In this document: positions 1-7,866 of the stretch, piece after piece
How the letters are laid out: the number at the start of each line of letters is the position of its first letter
How positions within the stretch are numbered: position 1 is the first letter of the stretch
Source: Candidatus Aenigmatarchaeota archaeon
GTDB lineage: Archaea; Aenigmatarchaeota; Aenigmatarchaeia; CG10238-14
Direction: 5' to 3'
DNA length: 34,502 nucleotides
Assembly: GCA_014728985.1 (NCBI GenBank)
Contig: WJKS01000015.1
Coordinates: forward strand, 1 to 34,502
Notes under the pieces: generated by a model
Databases searched by the model: none
What the model saw: the letters and a program-made list of their open reading frames with translations, nothing else
Told to the model about the DNA's origin: nothing
Translations under genes and position numbers: made by a program

Positions 1-3
1 GAG

Positions 4-75
4 AGCCCCCGGAGGGACTTGAACCCTCAACCTATTGCTTACAAGGCAATTGCTCTACCATTGAGCTACAGAGGC
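4..75 (-). tRNA. tRNA-Thr (anticodon UGU)
   Basis: Reverse complement folds as a 72-nt cloverleaf: acceptor GCCTCTG/CGGGGGC (two G-U pairs), anticodon arm ATTGC-CTTGTAA-GCAAT, T arm GAGGG-TTCAAGT-CCCTC. CCA is not encoded. Confidence 0.9.
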
Positions 76-242
76 ATGACAAATAATACTTGTAAATAAT
101 TATTAAATCTTTTATCTAATTGTCACTTAATAAATTTACTATCAGATATAACAAAATACACTCTGAGATTTCCAGAAACATTCTTAAGGGTTCTTAAGAA
201 AAGGATTAAATGCTTAACATTGTTTGTATTTATTGATTAGTT

Positions 243-1829
243 ATGAAAACGAAGGTATTGTTAGGTGCAGTCTTTGGACTACTGTTAATGGCCAGTGCTT
301 TTGCACAAAATTCAGATTTTCAATTCAGTATCTCGCCAGAAGAATTATCGGTGAATCCTTATGAGATAGCTGTATATGATATACTAATAGAAAACCAAGG
401 TCAGGTAGACGAGGTTTATAGTATATCTATACAAGGTATACCAGAACTTTGGTATTCATTAAGTCATGAGGCAATTGAAGTTCCTTCTGGAGAGGAAAGA
501 GAAGTCTACTTATTTATTACACCCCAGCCTTCGGAAGAAGATGTTTATGTTGGGGAATTACTTGTTAATGGGATTTCTCAGACATTTCAATTAAATATAA
601 TCAAAGAGCATTCACTTCAGGTTTCAATGCCTAGTCAATTAACCTCATGTATATGTGAGCAGGATCAGACAATGATAGTTGTTCAGAATACAGGAAAATA
701 TGAGGAAAATATCGAACTGGTATTGTCTGGAGATGCATTAGAAATCATAGAAGTTGAAGCAGATATTTTTGTAGTCGAACCTAATGAATCCCTACAGATT
801 CCAGTTACAATCAAAGAAGCATGTGAAACTGAACAAAGAAACTACAATTTGGAAGTTAGAGTGGAATCAGTAAGTAGTTATGCGTCAGCATTTACTTTCT
901 CTACAGTCCAGAAAAAGGATTGCTTTGCTTTTGAGTTAAGTTATCCAGAGGAAGTCAGTACTTGTGCTAACGCAGAGCAATCGTTTAAGATATCTGTTAC
1001 AAATACCGGCATAAGGGAAGACAGTTATGAGATTGGTATCGAAGAATTAGGATATTCTGATATCATAGATCTAGAACCAGGACAAACACAGGAATTTGAG
1101 ATTACCTTTATGGAAGAAGAAGAGGGTATATATGGAATACCTTTCACTGTATCTTCAGATTCGGTTAGTAAAGATGGTCTGGTGAATTTTATAGTTGAGA
1201 GATGTTATGGTGTTGACCTTGAATTGGATACAGATGAGCTAACAATTGAATCAGGAAAAGGTAGACTGACAAACCCATCTGTAAAAAATACAGGAACAAG
1301 AGCTGATACATTCGGTATTACTTCAAGCGCAATTTGGATTGCTATAAGACCGTTGAACGTGACTTTGTTGCCAAATGAAACACAAGAAATCTTTGTTTAC
1401 TACAGTCCAGAATTTGGATCAGTCGGAGAGTTTGATGTTGAACTTTTGGTTGAATCCGAATATGCTCTTGACAGGGAAACAGTAACAGTAAATGTTGAAG
1501 GTGAAATTATAGAAACTACGACCTCAGTTCCTGAGGAAACAACAACTACAATTGAAGAAGCTACTACAACTGTGGAGATGAATATAACCACGCCTGAGGA
1601 AAACATTACAACTACAACAGAAGGCATAATAGAGCCACCAGAGATAAATATCACAAAACCAACAGGAGCTTTCACAAGAGTATGGAATAAAATACTGGAA
1701 TTTAGTGATAGTTTAAACGAAAGAGTAGAGGGATTAGGAATAAACAAAGTTCTATTATCAATAATAGTAGGATTTGTGATAGCTCTGATAATACTATTAG
1801 CACTTTACTTCATAGTTATGAGTGGTTAA
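243..1829 (+). CDS. Secreted, C-terminally anchored surface protein with four tandem ~100-aa Ig-like (CARDB/NEW3-like) repeats and a Thr-rich stalk
   Basis: N-terminal signal peptide (MKTKVLLGAVFGLLLMASAFA). Four repeats share an N(T/Q)G...E(I/V)(F/Y)... pattern. A Thr-rich linker carries NIT sequons. C-terminal TM segment LLSIIVGFVIALIILLALYFIV. Confidence 0.85.
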   Translation: MKTKVLLGAVFGLLLMASAFAQNSDFQFSISPEELSVNPYEIAVYDILIENQGQVDEVYSISIQGIPELWYSLSHEAIEVPSGEEREVYLFITPQPSEEDVYVGELLVNGISQTFQLNIIKEHSLQVSMPSQLTSCICEQDQTMIVVQNTGKYEENIELVLSGDALEIIEVEADIFVVEPNESLQIPVTIKEACETEQRNYNLEVRVESVSSYASAFTFSTVQKKDCFAFELSYPEEVSTCANAEQSFKISVTNTGIREDSYEIGIEELGYSDIIDLEPGQTQEFEITFMEEEEGIYGIPFTVSSDSVSKDGLVNFIVERCYGVDLELDTDELTIESGKGRLTNPSVKNTGTRADTFGITSSAIWIAIRPLNVTLLPNETQEIFVYYSPEFGSVGEFDVELLVESEYALDRETVTVNVEGEIIETTTSVPEETTTTIEEATTTVEMNITTPEENITTTTEGIIEPPEINITKPTGAFTRVWNKILEFSDSLNERVEGLGINKVLLSIIVGFVIALIILLALYFIVMSG

Positions 1830-1830
1830 A

Positions 1831-1989
1831 ATGATAGAGATAATCTTATTGATTGCAAGTTTTTTGGTACTTGGAGCTGTAGCTTTAGAAGCAAAGGTAA
1901 AATCAAATTTAGGAAAATTCATCGTTTTAACAGGTCTTCTAGTGGGGGTAGTTGACCTAATATATGTGATAGTTAAACTACTCCGGTGA
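1831..1989 (+). CDS. Possible 52-aa two-TM membrane mini-protein (below the ORF-track cutoff)
   Basis: ATG lies 1 nt after the upstream stop. Hand translation: MIEIILLIASFLVLGAVALEAKVKSNLGKFIVLTGLLVGVVDLIYVIVKLLR. Its stop overlaps the SD/start region of the next gene. Confidence 0.35.
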   Translation: MIEIILLIASFLVLGAVALEAKVKSNLGKFIVLTGLLVGVVDLIYVIVKLLR

Positions 1990-1997
1990 GGACAAAA

Positions 1998-2423
1998 ATG
2001 AAGACAAACAGTTTATTTGCATTTATTCTTACACTATTAGCTTTGGTAATGGTTATTGGATTATTCGGCTACATTGGTTACAGAGGTCTTTCTAAATATC
2101 TTTTGAGAAGACCACAATACTGTGAGCAGTTTTCCGTTGACTTAGAACCAGAAATGCATTCTGCGGAACTAGAGGTAGGAAAAGGGAAATTGATCAAGGT
2201 TAAAATTACTAATAAAGGCTTTGAAGACGAATTTAGAATAGGTTTCGAAGGCCCTGAATGGATTGCCACAAGACCTGTTAAAGTAAGGTTGGATCAAGGA
2301 GAAACCGAAGAAATATTTGTCTATATGAGTCCTGGTGTTGATTCTGAGGGTAGCTACACCTTGATGGTTTTCGTTGAAAGTTATTGTGGAAGAGAAGAGA
2401 CTGAAATTAGGGTTACTGTCTGA
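1998..2423 (+). CDS. N-terminally anchored protein with one surface-repeat domain, paralogous to repeat 4 of 243..1829
   Basis: TM helix near the N-terminus. PEWIATRPVKVRLDQGETEEIFVYMSPG matches SSAIWIAIRPLNVTLLPNETQEIFVYYSPE in the upstream protein. ATG at 1998 is preceded by GGTGAGG; the ORF track starts at GTG 1986. Confidence 0.7.
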   Translation: MKTNSLFAFILTLLALVMVIGLFGYIGYRGLSKYLLRRPQYCEQFSVDLEPEMHSAELEVGKGKLIKVKITNKGFEDEFRIGFEGPEWIATRPVKVRLDQGETEEIFVYMSPGVDSEGSYTLMVFVESYCGREETEIRVTV

Positions 2424-2464
2424 TTTATTGAAAACTTTATATATCTCTATTCTAACTACTGGTT

Positions 2465-3388
2465 ATGATTAACCCAAAATTAAAGCAATTACTGGAAAAA
2501 CAGGGTTACAGATTCTCAGGAAATCATAGCGTGGTTAAAACCTGTAGATGGACCAGGAATAGCCTACGTGGTAAAGGCGTTTGTTATAAAGAAAAGTGGT
2601 ATCCTCCTGTAAAGAGTCATAGGTGCATGCAGATGTCACCGTCATTATTTTGTAACCACAACTGCCTCTTCTGTTGGCGCTTACATTCAGGAGATAGGGG
2701 GGTTTCCTGGAAAGAATCTTTCAAAGGAATTAAGTTAGATGATCCCAGAGAAATTCTGGAAAAATCAATCGAGCAAAGAAAATTACTTTTACAGGGTTAT
2801 AAGGGATGGGAAGGAATAGATAAGAAAAAATGGAAAGAATCCTTGAAACCGAATATAATTGCAATAAGTCTTACTGGGGAACCGACTATGTATCCTAGGT
2901 TAGGAGAATTAATCCAGGAGGCACATAAGAAAAATATAATAACATTCCTTGTAACTAATGGAACTTTTCCTGAGAAATTGAAGACTTTAGAAGAGAACCC
3001 ATTCCAATTATATGTAACATTGGCCGCACCTAATAAGGAGGTCTATAAGAATCTTTGTAAACCATCCACACCAAAGCTCTGGGAAAAGTTGAATGAAACC
3101 CTAGAGTTGATGAATTCCTTTGATTGTAGAAAAGTCGTCAGGTTAACAATGGTTAAAGGCTTCAATATGACGAAACCAAAGGAATATGTAAAATTAATAG
3201 AGAAGATCAATCCTGATTTTATTGAGGCCAAAGGTTATGTTCATGTGGGAGAATCAAGGAAAAGATTGCCTCATGATGCTATGCCTTATCATGAGGATGT
3301 TAGAGATTTTTCAAAAGAATTAGAGAAGGCTTCATCTTTTGAAATCAAGGACGAATCTGAGCCTAGTAGGGTAGTTTTAATGACGTAA
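2465..3388 (+). CDS. taw1: tRNA 4-demethylwyosine synthase Taw1/TYW1 (radical SAM)
   Basis: Radical-SAM CNHNCLFCW (CxxxCxxC) motif. Overall TYW1-like layout: N-terminal LLEKQGYR..HSVVKTCRW and C-terminal FIEAKGYVHVGESR. Length typical of archaeal Taw1. Confidence 0.9.
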   Translation: MINPKLKQLLEKQGYRFSGNHSVVKTCRWTRNSLRGKGVCYKEKWYPPVKSHRCMQMSPSLFCNHNCLFCWRLHSGDRGVSWKESFKGIKLDDPREILEKSIEQRKLLLQGYKGWEGIDKKKWKESLKPNIIAISLTGEPTMYPRLGELIQEAHKKNIITFLVTNGTFPEKLKTLEENPFQLYVTLAAPNKEVYKNLCKPSTPKLWEKLNETLELMNSFDCRKVVRLTMVKGFNMTKPKEYVKLIEKINPDFIEAKGYVHVGESRKRLPHDAMPYHEDVRDFSKELEKASSFEIKDESEPSRVVLMT

Positions 3389-3456
3389 TAAGAATCGTTC
3401 GGTCCTCACCTAACATAATAGTAAGTAATTTTAAACCTAACTAACAATTAATTCTT

Positions 3457-3975
3457 ATGTCAAATGAAGATGAAGAAGTTTTAAAGGCCTTAGTTTCAGA
3501 TACAAGGAGAGATATAGTAAAAAGACTGTCAGACGGGGACAGGACACCTTCTGATCTAAGTAAAATGTTGGATAAAAGTAAATCCACGGTAGTAGAACAT
3601 TTGGACAAATTGATTAAGGCTGGTTTGGTAGAAAAAATCGAGAGACCCGGTAGAAAATGGGTTTTCTACTCATTAACGAGAAAAGGAGAATCATATGTTT
3701 CCCAGAAATCAAAGAAATTAATTATAATTCTATCATCAGTGTTTATCTCATTGTTAGGAGGAGTATTTTCATTGTTCAAACATATGTCTGTAACACCCCA
3801 AAAAGCTAACGTGGAAAGACAATTGATGGAAGCAGTCACTGAAGGAGCAGCCATGGATGCTATGACTTCTAGTACACCTTGGTTTCTTTATCTGTCAATA
3901 GGTTTGTTTAGCTTGTCTTTAATTGGAATATTTGTTATAATATTAATGAAGAGAAAGAGGATGGTTGAAATATGA
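3457..3975 (+). CDS. Membrane-tethered ArsR-family winged-HTH regulator (N-terminal HTH, two C-terminal TM helices)
   Basis: ArsR-like DTRRDIVKRLSDGDRTPSDLSKMLDKSKSTVVEHLDKLIKAGLVEK...FYSLTRKG. TM segments LIIILSSVFISLLGGVFSLF and WFLYLSIGLFSLSLIGIFVIILM. TATA-like element about 25 nt upstream of the ATG. Confidence 0.8.
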   Translation: MSNEDEEVLKALVSDTRRDIVKRLSDGDRTPSDLSKMLDKSKSTVVEHLDKLIKAGLVEKIERPGRKWVFYSLTRKGESYVSQKSKKLIIILSSVFISLLGGVFSLFKHMSVTPQKANVERQLMEAVTEGAAMDAMTSSTPWFLYLSIGLFSLSLIGIFVIILMKRKRMVEI

Positions 3976-4265
3976 GGGAATTAATAGTTTTTTCGTCGAT
4001 ACTTTTGCCAGTAATTGTTCTTAGCGGATGTACCCAAGAAGTGGCTGTAGATAAGTTCTATTGTGAGAGCGACAACGATTGTGTACATTTACCTTCAGCT
4101 TGTCATCAAGGTTCAAATTTATGTGTTAATGGAGTTTATGCTTCTAAAATAGATTTACCCGATGGACCTATTGCATGTACCGAGGAATGCAGGTCATGTA
4201 CGGAATGTTTCTGTGAAAATAACGTGTGTAAAACAATAACTTCAGATCCTCCAGGTTGCTGTTAA
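3972..4265 (+). CDS. Small Cys-rich exported protein, probable lipoprotein (LSGC lipobox)
   Basis: ATGA overlap with the upstream stop. Signal peptide ends in LSGC. 13 Cys in 97 aa. Shares FYC(E/D)xDxDCV and C(E/I)NNxCxxI motifs with the 8768..9082 product. Confidence 0.65.
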   Translation: MRELIVFSSILLPVIVLSGCTQEVAVDKFYCESDNDCVHLPSACHQGSNLCVNGVYASKIDLPDGPIACTEECRSCTECFCENNVCKTITSDPPGCC

Positions 4266-4481
4266 ATGAGAATAAAACTAATAATTTTCATTATAATAAT
4301 TTTGTTACCAGTTTCATTTTTAATTATTTTCAATGACTCTAGATGGGAATACATTGATTGCTTAAATGAATGTAATAAGGGAAATAATGTACCTAGGGAA
4401 TTATGTAATTACCCTATGGTCCAGAAGTTAATTGATCATGGTAAGTGTTGGTGGAGTGATATGACACCTTTGCCCGATTAA
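4266..4481 (+). CDS. Small membrane-anchored or exported 4-Cys protein
   Basis: ATG immediately follows the upstream TAA. Strongly hydrophobic N-terminus (LIIFIIIILLPVSFLIIF), then a Cys-containing soluble part. No recognisable family. Confidence 0.45.
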   Translation: MRIKLIIFIIIILLPVSFLIIFNDSRWEYIDCLNECNKGNNVPRELCNYPMVQKLIDHGKCWWSDMTPLPD

Positions 4482-4999
4482 TTTGTTTTAATTTCCTTGC
4501 CCTTTCTTTTAGGAACTATCCTAACTTTACCACCGAATTTCTTATTAATTTCATTTCCTTGAAAATATCTATCAAGAAATACAGCAAGAGCAGCTATTTC
4601 GCTATGAGGTTGATTTCCTACAGCCACTTGAATATCACAAAAATCATAAACGTCTCCGGGTACCTTCTGACTACCAATAATTACAAGTAAATTGCTCTTA
4701 CCCCTTATTTCACCAATAGCTTCAGGAAGATTGATACCATACATTGTCAGGTAAACCACGAAATATCCCTTGTTTTTGAAGTTTTTAACCAATTTTCCCC
4801 AGTTTTTTTCGTATTTGACCTTGAAATTCCCTCCCCATTTATCCACGATCCTTTCAACTGATTCTATCAAGCCCTTATCCCTCTGTCCCGAGAAAATTAT
4901 CCCATCGGCTCCCAGGGCCCTTGAAACTAGGCCACAATGTGTAGAAACCCTTTCATCTCTAGGTAACCTGTGTCCTAAGCGCAATATCCAGACAGACAT
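4478..4999 (-). CDS. trm56: tRNA (cytidine56-2'-O)-methyltransferase aTrm56 (SPOUT)
   Basis: N-terminal LRLGHRLPRDERVSTHCGLVSRALGADGI and C-terminal QPHSEIAALAVFLDR are characteristic of archaeal aTrm56. Length 173 aa. Confidence 0.85.
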   Translation of the reverse strand: MSVWILRLGHRLPRDERVSTHCGLVSRALGADGIIFSGQRDKGLIESVERIVDKWGGNFKVKYEKNWGKLVKNFKNKGYFVVYLTMYGINLPEAIGEIRGKSNLLVIIGSQKVPGDVYDFCDIQVAVGNQPHSEIAALAVFLDRYFQGNEINKKFGGKVRIVPKRKGKEIKTN

Positions 5000-5023
5000 A
5001 CCATTATTTTAAATCCCAAACAG

Positions 5024-5031
5024 TTATAAAT
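5024..5031. promoter_or_regulatory. Candidate shared TATA element (TTATAAAT) in the 53-bp divergent aTrm56/aIF1A intergenic region
   Basis: Near-palindromic TATA core. Its centre lies about 28 nt from the aTrm56 ATG (4999) and 25-28 nt from the aIF1A TTG/GTG (5053/5056), the archaeal TATA-to-start spacing expected for leaderless mRNAs. Confidence 0.4.
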
Positions 5032-5052
5032 CTACCAACCTAAGCATTACTA

Positions 5053-5379
5053 TTGGTGATAATTATAGCAAGAAAAAGACCAGAAATATCTGAAGAAGAA
5101 GAGATTAGGAGAATAAGAAGACCTGAAGAAGGACAAGTTTATGCGGTAGTTGAGCAAATGCTGGGCTCAGATAAATTAAGAGTACAGTGTGAGGACGGAA
5201 AAGAGAGAATAGCAAGAATCCCAGGGAGAATGAGAAAAAGAATATGGATCAGAGTAGGAGATTTAATTTTAGTTGATCCATGGAAAGTCCAGAGTGATAG
5301 CCGCTGTGATGTTGCTTGGAGATATAGCCCTACACAGGCGAGATGGATAAGAAGGAAAGGAATCCTAAAAAACATTTAG
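5053..5379 (+). CDS. eif1a: Translation initiation factor aIF-1A
   Basis: S1/OB-fold core RRPEEGQVYAVVEQMLGSDKLRVQCEDGKERIARIPGRMRKRIWIRVGDLILVDPW is typical of aIF1A. Only TTG (5053) or GTG (5056) can start the gene without cutting conserved sequence. Confidence 0.9.
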   Translation: MVIIIARKRPEISEEEEIRRIRRPEEGQVYAVVEQMLGSDKLRVQCEDGKERIARIPGRMRKRIWIRVGDLILVDPWKVQSDSRCDVAWRYSPTQARWIRRKGILKNI

Positions 5380-5750
5380 GATTTCCATAAACCATGGATG
5401 TTACAATATTCCCTTACTTCTATATTTTCTGGACTAATTTCAAATTCTACTTCCGGTTTTTGTCCAGGTTTTAAGAATTTTCTGCAACTGTTACCGTCTA
5501 CTAATACTTCGACCCATTCTATGTAATGTTCTTCTTCCATTGGGTGTGGTGTTGAACCCACTTTAACTTTGAATCCTTTATCTGTTTTTTCAACTACTGG
5601 AACGTGTTTCTCAAGCCCTTTGTCCTCCGTTTTTTCTTCTAGTAATTCCATAGGTTGAGCACAACATACAAGTTGAGCCGGTCCTTTGTGTATAACCTGA
5701 ACCATGTTTCCGCAAATATTACATTTGTAAATACCTAGTAATTCTGTCAT
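5376..5750 (-). CDS. dfx: Desulfoferrodoxin (2Fe superoxide reductase)
   Basis: N-terminal desulforedoxin-like CNICGN...CC motif, plus a C-terminal neelaredoxin/SOR domain (KHVPV...HPMEEEHYIEW...CNIHGLW). AGGTGA SD lies 4 nt before the ATG. Confidence 0.9.
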   Translation of the reverse strand: MTELLGIYKCNICGNMVQVIHKGPAQLVCCAQPMELLEEKTEDKGLEKHVPVVEKTDKGFKVKVGSTPHPMEEEHYIEWVEVLVDGNSCRKFLKPGQKPEVEFEISPENIEVREYCNIHGLWKS

Positions 5751-5758
5751 CTAATCAC

Positions 5759-6253
5759 CTAGGTACATTCGCATGTGCCCATATCTTCTGCTAAAGCTTC
5801 CAGATCTTCTTCATGTTCTACTTCATCCTCAAGTATTTGTAAGAACATTTTATGTGATATTGGGTCTTTACCTTCTGTCATTTTGACTAGTTCCTGATAG
5901 ACCTTAATCGCACATTGTTCACCTTTTATATTCTGTTCAAGTATTTTCTTTACTTCAGGATCTTCTGGGCTCTCATATCCACAGTTGGTCATTTTATACC
6001 AATTTTCTGGTTTTATTATTGGAGTTCCACCCAGTTGTATTATTCTATCAACTAGCATATTTGCATGATCTAATTCCTCGTTCGCATGTTCTACTAACTC
6101 AGCTTCCACCGCTCCCCTCATTGGTCCCACTAAGACTTTAGATCCAATCCAGTATTGGTAATAAGCTAACCATTCATCAGCAAGAGCCTTGTTCATTTCT
6201 TCCACTAGCTTTTCCACATCTAATCCTACTATTTTTCTACCTATCGTTCCCAT
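5759..6253 (-). CDS. Dps-like (DPSL)/bacterioferritin-like ferritin-superfamily protein
   Basis: Four-helix-bundle di-iron signature: ADEWLAYYQYW, EHANEELDHANMLVDRIIQLGGTP, ILEDEVEHEEDL. GAGGTG SD upstream. Confidence 0.8.
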   Translation of the reverse strand: MGTIGRKIVGLDVEKLVEEMNKALADEWLAYYQYWIGSKVLVGPMRGAVEAELVEHANEELDHANMLVDRIIQLGGTPIIKPENWYKMTNCGYESPEDPEVKKILEQNIKGEQCAIKVYQELVKMTEGKDPISHKMFLQILEDEVEHEEDLEALAEDMGTCECT

Positions 6254-6286
6254 TTATTTACACCTCATTCATTTGATTAACATTAT

Positions 6287-6550
6287 TTAGTTATTATTTT
6301 TCAACTTCTCAAATTTAACAGTAGCACCCTTTTCAATCTCTTTTATTTTACCAATTTTAGTTTTTAGATTGTTATCTTCCAGTAAAATTTTCAAATCATC
6401 GAAATAATCATAGAATCCGCAAGTTCTACAAAAGGCTCCTGTAAATCTGACTTTGAAATCATTTTTTTTATTCGAAACTAATTCTGCAGTTGCCACTGGG
6501 GATCTTAATTCATTAAATTCTTTAATTATCTTCTCAATATCATTTCCCAT
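6287..6550 (-). CDS. Conserved-position hypothetical protein (87 aa, CxxC) inside the oxidative-stress operon
   Basis: ORF track begins at 6589. The internal ATG at 6550 is preceded by TAGGTGATTTA: the rubrerythrin TAG stop sits inside an AGGTGA SD placed 4 nt before the ATG. Contains FCRTCGFYDYF. Confidence 0.6.
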   Translation of the reverse strand: MGNDIEKIIKEFNELRSPVATAELVSNKKNDFKVRFTGAFCRTCGFYDYFDDLKILLEDNNLKTKIGKIKEIEKGATVKFEKLKNNN

Positions 6551-6558
6551 TAAATCAC

Positions 6559-6954
6559 CTAATCCAAAGACTCCAACAATTTCTGACATGATTTCAAATG
6601 TCTTGACTCAGCTTTACCAACCCTTTCAACCCATTTGGCTATGTCTTCATGTCCCTCTTCTCTAGCTTCTTTAACAATTTTTGGATACATGTTTTCAGTT
6701 TCATCCATTTCCTTCTCTATCGATATTTTCAAAGCATCTTTTACACCATTGACTTTAACCGAACCTAGTTTTGATAAATAAAATAAAAATCCCTTGGCGT
6801 GACATTCTTCACCTTTAGCAATGCTTCTAAACATATCCGAAACTTCTGGATAACCCAATTCATCGGCCATTTCCGAGAAGAAAATATATCTTAAATTAGC
6901 TTGACATTCTTTAACAAAAGCTTTTTTTAAATTCTCTTCAGTTTTTTTACTCAT
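6559..6954 (-). CDS. Rubrerythrin-family di-iron protein lacking the rubredoxin domain (sulerythrin-like)
   Basis: Two ExxH ligand motifs (GEECHAKG, KAESRHLK) in a ferritin-like four-helix layout. ATG at 6954 is preceded by GAGGTGA; the ORF-track TTG at 6960 is less likely. Confidence 0.85.
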   Translation of the reverse strand: MSKKTEENLKKAFVKECQANLRYIFFSEMADELGYPEVSDMFRSIAKGEECHAKGFLFYLSKLGSVKVNGVKDALKISIEKEMDETENMYPKIVKEAREEGHEDIAKWVERVGKAESRHLKSCQKLLESLD

Positions 6955-6975
6955 TAGCAATTTTCACCTCTTGAT

Positions 6976-7125
6976 TTAATCCATATCCATTCTTGGGTGC
7001 ATTCCAACTATATTTTCTATTCCTACTGCATCCCCATAAGCGACTCTAGATGGCTCAGATTCATACCGTTGATTTAGTCTCTCAAAATCTCTTTCATCTG
7101 ATTCAATTGACCACCTGTACTCCAT
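6976..7125 (-). CDS. Possible 49-aa acidic mini-protein between the peroxiredoxin and rubrerythrin genes
   Basis: Hand translation: MEYRWSIESDERDFERLNQRYESEPSRVAYGDAVGIENIVGMHPRMDMD. It exactly fills the otherwise empty 175-bp gap within the operon. Only a weak SD (AGG). Confidence 0.3.
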   Translation of the reverse strand: MEYRWSIESDERDFERLNQRYESEPSRVAYGDAVGIENIVGMHPRMDMD

Positions 7126-7136
7126 ATCAACCGCCT

Positions 7137-7811
7137 TTACATTTTCTTATGACATAACCACCAATCATAACATTCTATCTCACCGGATTTTTCCTGTTTC
7201 CTTCTTTCCTTTATTGTTTCTTCGTCTTTTGCTGGGGGTACAATCACTCTGTCCTTTATCAATTCGTTCTCAGGCCAATTAGCTGGTGTAGCAACTTTAT
7301 CACCGTCAACTGTTTGCAATGCCTTAACTATTCTCAGAACTTCATCCATATTTCTACCCGCTTCCTGAGGATAATATAATATAGTTCTAATGACCCCTCT
7401 CGGATCTATCACAAAGACCGCCCTAACTGTATTAGTTCCCTTACTTGGATGTACCATCCCGAACAAACTAGCAACCTTACCCATATCATCTGCAATTATC
7501 GGGAATTCTATTTTTACCTTCAATTTTTCATTTATCCATTCAGTCCATTTCATATGACTAAATACCTGGTCTATGCTAAGTCCGATTAATTCTGTGTTCA
7601 TTTTCTTGAATTTTTCATATCTTTTCTGAAAGGACACAAATTCTGTTGTACAGACGGGTGTAAAATCCGCCGGATGTGAGAATAGCACAACCCATTTACC
7701 TTTGTAATCATTTGGAAAGTTTATCATACCTTGAGTGGTTTGTATCTTAAATGATGGTGCCTTATCGCCTATTAACGGAAAATTTATTTTTTCTTGTTCC
7801 ATTTCATTCAC
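7137..7811 (-). CDS. Peroxiredoxin (Prx6/1-Cys type, AhpC/TSA family)
   Basis: Active-site FTPVCTTE motif and typical [15 protein letters not shown] context. 224 aa. GAGGTGA SD upstream; the second ATG (7802) may be the true start. Confidence 0.92.
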   Translation of the reverse strand: MNEMEQEKINFPLIGDKAPSFKIQTTQGMINFPNDYKGKWVVLFSHPADFTPVCTTEFVSFQKRYEKFKKMNTELIGLSIDQVFSHMKWTEWINEKLKVKIEFPIIADDMGKVASLFGMVHPSKGTNTVRAVFVIDPRGVIRTILYYPQEAGRNMDEVLRIVKALQTVDGDKVATPANWPENELIKDRVIVPPAKDEETIKERRKQEKSGEIECYDWWLCHKKM

Positions 7812-7833
7812 CTCTATTATTATATGTTCGATA

Positions 7834-7844
7834 AAATATATAAG
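7834..7844 (+). promoter_or_regulatory. Candidate TATA box (AAATATATAAG) for a leaderless lrp/asnC-like mRNA
   Basis: Centred about 28 nt upstream of the ATG at 7867. No SD between it and the ATG. Confidence 0.4.
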
Positions 7845-7866
7845 TATGTTCGTTTATATAAGTTAC

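Noticed and set aside
1400-1747. 115-aa minus-strand ORF
   Set aside because: It is antisense to the Thr-rich stalk of the surface protein. It is a low-complexity mirror (Val/Ser-rich) with no start context, so it is a shadow ORF.
7735-7866. N-terminal extension of the Lrp/AsnC ORF, and similar long starts at 11305, 18893, 20473, 23772 and 6589
   Set aside because: The extensions overlap neighbouring genes or promoters and lack conserved sequence. The downstream ATGs have an SD or TATA at proper spacing.
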